NCBI GenBank assembly: GCA_023898505.1
Contig: CP060226.1
Coordinates: 538,152 to 570,151, forward strand
Reading direction: 5' to 3'
DNA length: 32,000 nt
DNA from: Candidatus Peribacteria bacterium
Lineage (GTDB): Bacteria > Patescibacteriota > Gracilibacteria > BD1-5 > UBA6164
In this document: positions 19,652 to 29,077 of the stretch, in pieces
Position numbering within the stretch: the first letter of the stretch is position 1
Layout of the letters: the number at the start of each line of letters is the position of its first letter
Translations under genes and position numbers: made by a program
Notes under the pieces: generated by a model
Told to the model about the DNA's origin: nothing
The model's database searches: none
What the model saw: only the letters and a program-made list of their open reading frames with translations

Positions 19652-20713
19652 CTATGTACCTTTTCCCTTTTCCATTCTTCCCTTTCGTCTTTTCTCTTTT
19701 ATCTTTCATCTTTCATCTATTTCCAATTCTTTCACTACCTCTATCCACTCTTCAATTCCCAATTCTTCTCCCCTCACAGTATCCGAAATACTCAGTTTTT
19801 CAAATATCACTAGTATTTTCCCCTTGTCATATCCACTATTTAATAAGTTCTTCAGTAGCTTTTTTCTCGGTTCACGAAAACCCTGTTTAATAATTTCTAA
19901 AAATACTCCATCATCGATATCTCTATAATTATCATGAGTTATAAAGTGAAGAACGATAGATTCTACCTTTGGCGCAGGATAAAAGTGCTCTTTCGGCACA
20001 ACACAAACTTCCCTCACAAAACACTTTTTTGCGATAAAAAGTCAGAGGACTGAAGAGCGTATTTTTTTATCACTTCTGTGTCATCCCGTACTTGATACGG
20101 GATGATAATTTGTACCTTTACATTTTCATGATTCTGAAACAAGTTCAGAATGACAAATAGATCTCTGTCAGCTTAAAATTTTCCTCCCCACATCCTCCTG
20201 CATCATAATCGCCATCTCTTGAGGAGATGTAGAAACTTCATAGAGAAAGTGCCTAAGAATCGGAGAAGTGATATAATACGGGATATTTGCGATGACTGAG
20301 TAATTAATTTGTCATTCTGAACTTGATTCAGAATCATTAATAGTATCTTTACTCTTTCATAGATTCCTGCCTCCGCAGGAATGACATACGTGAAATATCG
20401 GTTCATACTTAAGGACATCGATATGCTCGATGTTAACATTCAGTCCTTCAATTTGCAATTCTCCTGTCTGTATTCTCTGCTCAAGGATGGTGATCATATC
20501 TGGATCAAGCTCCACGAGAGTCAAAGATTGTGGTATTTGCGTCAGGAGTTTTTCGGTGAGTGCCCCATACCCTGGACCTACTTCCACGATATTTTTTCCA
20601 TCTACCTCAATAGCTGTTGCAATATTTTCTAGACTTCCTTCATCTACAAGAAAATTTTGTCCCAAAGATTTTTTTGCGTGGAGTTTATATTTTTGTATAC
20701 TTTGTGGAAGCAT
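19652..20713 (-). CDS. rsmA: 16S rRNA (adenine1518/1519-N6)-dimethyltransferase RsmA/KsgA, with two in-frame repeat insertions
   Basis: Supporting motifs are KKSLGQNFLVD, VEVGPGYGALTEKL, ANIPYYITSPIL and FYPAPKVESIVL. I chose the ATG at 20711-20713. The frame reads through several TGA to TAG at 19652-19654. Confidence 0.88.
20079..20155. repeat. Family A double-hairpin element inside the rsmA coding sequence
   Basis: The sequence tgtcatcccgtacttgatacgggatgataatttgtacctttacattttcatgattctgaaacaagttcagaatgaca is near-identical in its arms to the lepA copy. Confidence 0.85.
20310..20386. repeat. Family A variant double-hairpin element inside the rsmA coding sequence
   Basis: The sequence is tgtcattctgaacttgattcagaatcattaatagtatctttactctttcatagattcctgcctccgcaggaatgaca. 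Confidence 0.8.
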
Positions 20714-20765
20714 AATGTGGGAGTTATATTTCCTTTCGTTATATATCTTTTTAGTAAAAAAACAA

Positions 20766-23700
20766 ATGCAATTGATTCCAGATCTTACTCTCTGAAAAAA
20801 ATGGTGACTACGATTTTTGAGCGTACTCATTATCCTAGTATCACTCTGACAGTCGGCTTTTGCCCTCACTACAAGCACCAATTATGCAGGAACGGCAAAT
20901 GATCTCTTGGATAACAGTTTTCTATGGGTAACCCCTTCAAATGCCACAGGTGATACAACAGGGACCTCAGCTAGCAATACCATTACTACGAGAAATACCA
21001 ATGGAAATACGCTTGCGCTTACGACTTTCGGATTTACCTCTGGAGATATACCAAGTGGAGCAACAATTGAGGGGATACAAGCAGAAGTAGAGTGGCTCAG
21101 TAGTAACAACCGTATGCAGGATCAGGTAGTACAATTAACAAAAGACGGAACCACAGGGGTCGGAAGTAACTATGCAAATAACACTGGTCTTACCACTAAA
21201 TGATTCACGACATACGGAGGAACGACCGATCTTTGGGGAACCACCTGGACTCCAAGTGACCTTAGCTCTTGAAGCTTCTGAATCCTCCTCCAGTATAGAA
21301 ATAGAAGAAACTCAGCACAAACAGTAAATATTTATAGAGTACGCATCACTGTAAGCTACTCGATTCCAAGTGGTCCTGGGGGTGTTACGGGTAATGTATC
21401 CATATGGCTCAAGGCAAATGAAGGAACCAGCACAACCACGGATGGAAATGCTCTTTCTACCTGGTCTGACCAATCAGGAAATGGGTATGATGCCACAGGA
21501 GGATGAGCAACCAGACCAAGGTTTCGTGATAATACTACTGATAACATCAACTACCATCCAGTTGTCGACTTTAATGGAACCTCTCAATATTTACAAAATC
21601 TGGCAAATGGAGCCAGTTCAGAAAGTGCATTTATCGTCCTCAAACCAGTAAATGGGGTAAATGGGACTGCTTCGTACTGAGTCCCTTTCGGTTGGGATTG
21701 TCTCTCTGGAAACCTCAGTACTGGAACCTGCGGACTCAGCTTTGCAGGAATTACTCTTGGAGCCTTTACCGCAGCAATACCAGATGAAGTAGTAACCCTA
21801 GCACTCGGTTCATCAACCAACTGGAGATCCTCACAAACATGACTTGCATCGTATGATATTGGTGAAACGATGCTTCTTGTTTCAAACACAAATGCGGGTA
21901 ATACCGCAACTGATATCTATGAAAAAGGACAGCTCGTGAGTAATTACTCCGTCAACACCTTTCAGACACTTGCAACCGCTGATTATAATATCGGGCGTTC
22001 ACCAGATGCAGCAAATCCATTTTACTACGGAGGAACTATTGCTGAAATTATAAACTTTAGTTCACGAGTGACAGATAGCGAAAGACAACAGATAGAATCC
22101 TACCTCGCACTGAAATATGGAATCACGCTCAATGCTGGATGAACCGACTATATCGCCTCCGATGGAACCACGACTATATGGTCCACAAGCACGGCGGGGA
22201 GCTATACAAATAGTATCTTTGGTATTGGACGTGATGATAGCTCAGAACTCGGACAGATCACCTCAAAGTCCATGAATCCAGATGGGATCGTCACTGTGGT
22301 GGCTGTCGGAGAAGGAACTAATGCTACGCCAGCATTTGTAGACATAAGCGATAAAGAGTTTCTTACAATTTCTGACAACCTCTGAGGAAATAGTTGGGTC
22401 GCTACCGATAGCCCCCTTGGATATGATATCCTCGATAGAAAGTGGTTGTACCAAGAACAAGGAGATGTCGGAGCAATAACCCTTGATATCGATGTAGACG
22501 ATGCTGATTTCGATATACCCGTGCTTAATTCATGAGTGAATTATTTTTATATCTATGATAGTAATGGGAATGGAAGTCTCTCAGATGAGGTCCCTCAAGT
22601 GATGGTAAACACCAGTGGAAGTATCTGGGAAATGGCAAGCCTCAGTGTCACCAGCGGACGTATCTTTACCTTTGCTACCCTTTCATCGAGTAACAACATC
22701 CCGACAGATATTAGCATATCGAGTACAAGTACCAATGAAAATGTTGCGTCTGGAAGTCTTATAGGAACATTTACCACTACTGATCTTGATATTACTGATA
22801 CCCATACCTATAGTTTCGTTGCGGGTACATGAGATGACGACAATACCCTCTTTACCATAAGCGGAAGTGAACTTCATATTGCTGAGTCTCCAGACTATGA
22901 ACTCAACACTAGCTACTCTATCCGCGTGGAAACCGATGATGGAAATGGAGGGACTTTTCAGAAATCATTTACTATCTCGGTAAATAACCTCGGCGAAACT
23001 ATTACCACCATCATCGATTTTGAAGTCTCTGGAAAATATAGTGTGACATCAGGAACTTGGAATCGAAATACTAATAATCCTCAAGAATCAAGCTTTGCGC
23101 TTGAAAGTGACAATGGTTGAGGAGCAAATACTCAGTCCTGTTTTGAAGTCACCCATAACACGAGCGTCACGGGAAGTATCGACTTTTATTATGCCGTCGA
23201 TTCACAGGCATGAGGAGATACCCTAAATTTTTATATAGATGATGTAGAAGATACAAATTGGTCAGGAAATATTGCCTATACAAACTATACTGTCTCAGAT
23301 ATTGCGGGAGGACCTCATACCTATAAATGGTGTTATATCAAAAATGGAAGTGTGAATACTGGTCTAGATGCTGCTTGGATCGATTATATCGTATTTACCA
23401 ATGCGGCGAGTGATAGCACCCCACCAACTATATCAGTAACAGCTCCATGAAGTGGTTCACTCCTCCCAAATGCAGATTTTACTCTAGATTTGAGCTATAG
23501 CGACGCCGAATCATGAGTGAATACTGGGAGCATATCAGTAGTACTCAGAAAGTGGAATGGGAGTTCCTATGGAGTTGATATTGCTCCAACCTATGTAAAT
23601 TTTGGTGGTGCTACGATCGGCGCTTCTACAGCATCATACCCAGTTACAAAAATGGGCTATGGGAGATATATATTTGAAGTGAGTATCAATGACAATAGTA

Positions 23701-24137
23701 GTAACAACGGAACAGGAGCTTCCCTACTCTATCTTGATGAACCTGAAATCATTATCTCAACAGGAGCTATCGATATCGGGTTTCTTGATGCAAATGGAGT
23801 AAGTTTTAGTAGTCAAGAGTTAACTATTACCGTGAATACTGTTTGAGCTGCCTATGATCTTGTCCTCGTCAATGAGAACCTCCTGAGCTACTCTGGTACG
23901 ACGATTTTGGATTGGGATGGAAGTACTGGATATGGATATGAACAAAGCCCCTATACCCTCACCGTCACGCCGATAGGAACTGGGGCAATCCTTGTCTCTG
24001 AACCAGCAAATCTCAACGTCGATGGAAATAGAAATACCAATATTTACTCGATACAGCTTTGATGACAAGTAGATGAGCAGCAAGCCGCTGGAGACTATAC
24101 CGGAAATATACAGTTTTTGCTTGATGTAGATTATTAA
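20766..24137 (+). CDS. Large secreted surface protein (1123 aa) with LamG/ConA-like and cadherin-like domains
   Basis: The ATG at 20766 gives a signal-peptide-like N-terminus LRFLSVLIILVSLGQSAFA. The LamG end motif is FYYGGTIAEIINFSSRVTDSERQQIESYLALKYGITLN. The cadherin-like repeat is PTDISISSTSTNENVASGSLIGTFTTTD...YSIRVETDDGNGGTFQKSFTISVNN. Five track fragments share one frame. Confidence 0.8.
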
Positions 24138-24985
24138 AACATCATTACAACGATCCCTATAGCGATAATAAAAGCAAATAACAATTTTTTCTTGAGATGC
24201 TTCTCCTGAAAAAACACAGTTCAAAATATAATCGCCCAAAACATAGCCCCTGCTCGTTTAAGAGTAGTAGCCTCACTTGCATTGAGATATGCATAACTAT
24301 AGCTAATAAGGGCCGTAGAAATAGCAATTGATAAACCTAAAATGCGGTACATTTTATCTTTCAAGATATATCATAAAGCATTGTGCCTATAATAATACGA
24401 ATGTCCGATAAAAAAGTATAAAAACACCGAAGAAATAGCAAATGACTGATCTACCTCTATCGAATTTCAAAAATGCGTAATAGAATATTTAAAAAGTGAA
24501 ATCGTAATAACCGCATTTACTGCTGTAAATAATACATAATACCACCCGGTAAAATCAAGCGTTTTATTTTTTGTATTAAAAAACAAAAACGACACAACAA
24601 TAACCCCAATACCTAACAATGAAAAGTATGTAAATGAATATCCCAGACTAATATCAACCATAACCATGAGCGGAATGGTTAAAATACGAATAACAGAAAA
24701 AGTGCTACGATCACTACATTTTAAAGCCTGGAAACTAACATGTGCTTGTAAGACTTCAAGAAACATCCTGATAGTAAGCAAGCCAATACTTTCAGGATTC
24801 ATAGAGAGATCAAAATTATCACTTGACCGTTTATAACCTGCCAAAAGTAAAAAAATACTGAGCGCAAAAAAATTTGTAATTGTCCCAACTCTGAAGATGT
24901 TACTCTCTTTCGATTTATGTTTTGCAATACTATCTTCTACTTCTCAGAAAAAAGTACCAACAAATCAAAGAATCCATCAAATCAT
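24134..24985 (-). CDS. DMT/EamA-like integral membrane protein (283 aa)
   Basis: I checked codon by codon that the frame is open from ATG (24983-24985) to TAA (24134-24136). The protein is multi-spanning and hydrophobic. Its stop overlaps the stop of the convergent gene. Confidence 0.65.
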
Positions 24986-25068
24986 AATAAAATCTGGCTA
25001 TTTGTTGCATACAATAGAAATATATGTGATAATAGAGATAGAATCCTATTTTACAATAAAAAAATCAG

Positions 25069-26385
25069 ATGAAATCTGAAAAAATAGCCTTTTTATCACC
25101 AGATCTTTCTCACCTCAAGCGTATTATTTCTCGCCTTGAAATACAAGTGCTTATAGGTCTTGGTCTCTGAATCTACGCAGGAGTCTTCTTTCCAGAAATT
25201 GTCGGAAATTTTTCATGGATGGGTGAGCTCTTCATGACTCTTCTGAAGATGTTTCTTGCCCCCCTCCTCTTTTTTGCTATTATCAATGCAGTACTTGGTC
25301 TCGGAGACCTCAAGAAACTTGGAACGCTCGGGACAAGAACTCTCGCGTACTATATGCTCACGACTACTCTTGCTATTGTTCTTGGTATGATTTTGATGAA
25401 TATCTTTTCTCCAGGAACAGGCGTGCACTTCAAACAATTCGAAAACTTTAATTCTGCAAGTGTAGAAGGGTGACTCACATTTTCAAACTTTATCATGAGT
25501 TTATTTCCTAGTAACATGATCGCCTCATTTGTAAGCCTCAATGCTATTCAAATCATCTCTGTAGGAATCATCCTTGGGATTTTCATCATGCAAAGCGCTT
25601 CAAAATCTCATATCAAACAACTAAAAAATATATTTGATACTCTCTATAACGCCATTCTCGCATTTATTCGTTTTGTCGTAACACTTACTCCTTTTTGAGT
25701 ATTTTGAATCGTGTCCAATGTCGTAGCAGTCAACGGTTTCCAAAGTATGCAAGACCTCCTTCCTCTTGTCGTTATCACACTTGTTGCTCTTGCAATTCAT
25801 TCAGTCATTACTCTACCAACTATTGGTATATTTATCGGACACTTTAATCCATGGACCTATTTTCAGCAAGTAAAAGAAGCAGTACTTCTCGGATTTTCTA
25901 CTTCTTCTAGTAGTGCGACAATGTGAGTTTCTATGCATGTAGCGAGAGAAAATGCAAAGCTGAACAACGAAGTAGTAAATTTTACTTTTCCTATTGGCAC
26001 AACTGTAAATATGGATGGAACAGCACTCTATCAAGCGCTTGTGGCCCTCTTTGTTTCACAATTTCTTGGAATCGACATCTCCCTCGGACAACAATTTACT
26101 ATCGTCATCATTGTCATCCTAGCTTCTATTGGTGCAGCAGGAATACCTGGGGCGGGAATTATTATCCTCACGACAGTATTTCTCACCATATGACTCCCTG
26201 TAGAAGCAATCGGTATCATCCTTGCTGTTGATAGAGTCCTCGATATGTTCCGAACTGCGGTAAATGTCTGGGGAGACTTACTCACCGCAAAAGTTATCAA
26301 TACCTTTTATGTCCGTTATCTCCAAGAAAAAAACCTTGCTCAGAAAGTAGCAGAAAAGATACAAGGAAAGCCTAAAGAAGTATAG
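25069..26385 (+). CDS. Dicarboxylate/amino acid:cation symporter (DAACS/GltP family)
   Basis: Supporting sequences are LKMFLAPLLFFAIINAV, NMDGTALYQALVALFVSQ, ASIGAAGIPGAGIIIL and DMFRTAVNVWGD. Four track fragments share one frame and are joined by TGA. The stop is TAG at 26383-26385. Confidence 0.88.
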
Positions 26386-26402
26386 TAAATATATTTTTCA
26401 GA

Positions 26403-26438
26403 AAACGAGAGAAAGATTTGCATTTCCCTCGTTTTTTT
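26403..26438 (+). terminator. Rho-independent terminator
   Basis: An imperfect stem aacgagagaaag / tttccctcgtt is followed by a T-run. Confidence 0.55.
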
Positions 26439-26558
26439 ATACAATGCACGAGCTTCTAAAAACGTATATCGTATCCTTGTCAAATTTGCTTGTTTGTCCC
26501 GAAAACAAATACAAAAGCAACTGCAAGGATTTCTAGGAACAATGTGTTTCTCAATATA

Positions 26559-26616
26559 GTTCCCTTTTCCTCGCGATATTGGGAGGTCTTCCCCTTACTT
26601 CTAAGGGAAAGAACGG
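26559..26616. repeat. Family C double-hairpin repeat upstream of rplK
   Basis: The sequence is agttcccttttcctcgcgatattgggaggtcttccccttacttctaagggaaagaacgg. Confidence 0.7.
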
Positions 26617-26656
26617 TTGAAGATACAAACATTGTTATTTTTTAAGTATAATTATT

Positions 26657-27121
26657 ATGGCAAAAGAAATTAAAGGGTATATCAAACTTCAGATTAACGG
26701 AGGTCAAGCAAACCCAGCTCCTCCAGTAGGTCCAGCCCTTGGACAATACGGAGTACCAATCCAAGACTTTACCAGTCAATTCAACGAAAGAACAAAAGAT
26801 AGGATGGGAGTAAAACTTCCAGTAGTGATTACTGTATACGATGACAGAAGTTTTGAGTTTATCGTAAAACAGCCACCTGCAGGAGTACTCATCAAAAGTA
26901 AACTGAATCTAAAAAGTGGTTCAAAAGTTCCTCATAAAGATAAAGTAGGACACCTTTCAGTTGAACAATTAAAAGAAATCGCAACAGAAAAGATGCCAGA
27001 CTTAAATGCGGTAGATCTTGCTGGTGCAATGAAGATTATTCAAGGAACTGCAAGAGCTTCAGGAGTTACGACTGATATAGATGGTCTAACAAAGAAAGAA
27101 GTGATTGAAAAACTTGGGTAA
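26657..27121 (+). CDS. rplK: 50S ribosomal protein L11
   Basis: The sequence [25 protein letters not shown] is canonical L11. There is no in-frame TGA. Confidence 0.95.
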   Translation: MAKEIKGYIKLQINGGQANPAPPVGPALGQYGVPIQDFTSQFNERTKDRMGVKLPVVITVYDDRSFEFIVKQPPAGVLIKSKLNLKSGSKVPHKDKVGHLSVEQLKEIATEKMPDLNAVDLAGAMKIIQGTARASGVTTDIDGLTKKEVIEKLG

Positions 27122-27130
27122 TATCAAAAA

Positions 27131-27186
27131 TATCCCTTTCTGGTCTCTCGACCATCTTTCCCTTACCTCTAAGGGAAAGAGTAATG
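27131..27186. repeat. Family C double-hairpin repeat
   Basis: The sequence tatccctttctggtctctcgaccatctttcccttacctctaagggaaagagtaatg is a near copy of 8670-8724. Confidence 0.8.
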
Positions 27187-27220
27187 TAGCATCATCTTCG
27201 GGCTTAACCCCCGAAGATTT

Positions 27221-27295
27221 GCTCCCATCGTCTAGCGGTTAGGACGCTGCCCTCTCACGGCGGAAACAGGAGTTCGATTCTCCTTGGGAGTACCA
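27221..27295 (+). tRNA. trnE: tRNA-Glu (anticodon CTC)
   Basis: The hand fold gives acceptor GCTCCCA/TGGGAGT (G1-U72), D-arm GTCT-AGCGGTTA-GGAC, anticodon arm CTGCC-CTCTCAC-GGCGG and T-arm AGGAG-TTCGATT-CTCCT, with an encoded ACCA end. Confidence 0.85.
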
Positions 27296-27296
27296 T

Positions 27297-27348
27297 AAAA
27301 ATCTCTTGTGAGTAAAATCTATTTGATTTTATTTGCGAGAGATTTTTA
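27297..27348. terminator. Long hairpin, likely a bidirectional terminator
   Basis: aaaaatctct...agagattttt encloses agtaaaatc/gattttat. Confidence 0.55.
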
Positions 27349-27416
27349 AATTGTAAGTTCCAGGAGATGAGAAACTGAGGCACTTAATAATTCTCTCGAG
27401 GCAAGTATATGGAAAA

Positions 27417-28367
27417 TTACAAGATTAAATTCTCATTTGTAAACCATTGATTTCAAATTTTCTTCGCTATAATCTTTCCTCTGTTTACCAATTGTCTTCC
27501 ATAATCTTCTTTAAACCCTTTTTGGACCATCAGGTCAGCTACTGGTACAAGCTCATAAGATTTATAATGAGATAAAATCAAATAATCCAAACTTTCAAAT
27601 AAATTTCACGATATAGTTTTCTCCAAACTACTGAAATCTCATTTATTTACCCAGTCATCTTTTGGTATATTTAGTGGAAAATAGTCATATAATCCTATTT
27701 CTCATTTTTCCAATCAAGTAAAATATCTTTCTTTTTCTGATTCTACTCACTTAATAATTATATTTGGATATCAATGACAAAGTAATACGTAGTTTATAAG
27801 TACCCTTCATACTCTTCCGTTCCCATCCTCAAATGGATGTATAGATTCAAATAATACATGCAGTTTAGATAAAGAAGAAACTATATTGTCTTCTGTAAAG
27901 TCAAGAATATTTACATATGATATGAAATAATCTAAGCAAAGCAAAACCATACTTCATACAGGAGGTTTAATTCTTACTTTGTTAATCATAATATCTCATA
28001 GCCTATAGTCTCACGGTTTTTTCGATTCTTGTCATCTAAACATCAGAGAATGAATGGTTTTTATATCTGAGTGTTTTAACTCAAACTTTTCCTTGTTTAT
28101 ATATTTTTGGTATCCAAACTCATAGACTAATGAGGCAGAATCAAAATACCCTAGAATTTCCTCTGAGTTTTTAGAATATTTTTTATTTGAAATAGTATTT
28201 TGTATTTCTTTTTTATTTGCAAAGTACCCCTCTATCATAATAGAGTTCCTCGTTTCCTCTTCAAATAGGTACAACCATTCTTTATTCTTTACATTTGGCT
28301 TTGTAAGTGATCAAAACTTCGATAATAATTCTAATCTCCACTTAATAAGTTTTCAAATATTTTTCAT
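27417..28367 (-). CDS. Fic-domain protein (AMPylase family), class II with an N-terminal inhibitory motif
   Basis: The Fic motif HPFEDGNGRVGR lies at 27804-27839, with TGA as Gly. SIMIEG at 28227-28244 fits (S/T)xxxE(G/N). The frame runs from ATG at 28365-28367 to TAA at 27417-27419. Confidence 0.85.
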
Positions 28368-28379
28368 AATTCTAATTTT

Positions 28380-28595
28380 TTATAGATTAAACTCTGTCAT
28401 TTTTCAGTCAACTAATTCATAACATATGTAATTTTCGGGATCTCAGCTATAACCTAAGTGTTCAAATTCTTTTGTTTCTCTTAATCTTTGAAATGCATCC
28501 TCAGGGTTTTCTCATTCTATAATTGCTAATCAACTAGTAGAATCTAAATTCTCAAACTTTTCAGCATAATAAGTTAAAAATATATATTTTTTCAT
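28380..28595 (-). CDS. Small hypothetical protein (71 aa)
   Basis: The frame is open from ATG to TAA with four in-frame TGA, and it ends 12 nt upstream of the Fic start. I recognise no domain. Confidence 0.5.
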
Positions 28596-28621
28596 GGTAT
28601 TTTAGTTAAAATTTAAAGTTT

Positions 28622-29050
28622 TTATAAATAATTGCCAACCCAACTGGCATAATCTTCTATAAGTTGGTGATTTTCTGATTCTTTATCAATAGCCTTAAGC
28701 CGACTTAGTCAAATAGTAAACTTTCTTCTATCTCCTTTTCTTCTTACTTTCACAAATAATTCACTCTCATAATATAAGAGCTCATCAAACTCGATAAAAC
28801 TGAAAGTATCAGTATATGATGGCCTTGTTTTCTTTAACTTCTCATATTCTTCTGGATCTCAATATCAAAAAACATATTTTTCTTCCCAATCAAAGTCATC
28901 TCTTCAAGTAAGTAAACAAGGTTTTTCTATGTTATTAGTTATGTATTTTAGATACTTTTGTAAATTCCCTTTATTTACTCAAATATCTTTTTCCTCTTGC
29001 TTTCACAATATTTTTTTAAATCTTTCTATTTCTTTTTCAAATTCATCCAT
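28622..29050 (-). CDS. Hypothetical protein (142 aa)
   Basis: The translation, verified codon by codon, is MDEFEKEIERFKK...ASWVGNYL. An AGGAGG lies upstream of the start. I recognise no domain. Confidence 0.6.
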
Positions 29051-29077
29051 AATAATTCTAGTTAAAAAATAAAATAA

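Noticed and set aside
11868-20386. The in-frame insertions might be inteins or self-splicing introns.
   Set aside because: At about 75-110 nt they are far too short for inteins or for group I or II introns, and they lack splicing motifs. Their copies also occur in intergenic DNA, which fits small mobile or REP-like repeats. Removal at the RNA level cannot be excluded from sequence alone.
23820-24239. A minus-strand ORF of 139 aa across the convergent gene junction.
   Set aside because: It is in a different frame from the verified permease gene (24134-24985) and antisense to the 3' end of the large surface-protein gene.
5003-27186. The repeat clusters might be CRISPR arrays.
   Set aside because: There is no regular repeat-spacer periodicity. 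Copies are dispersed singly, are internally palindromic, and no cas genes are present.
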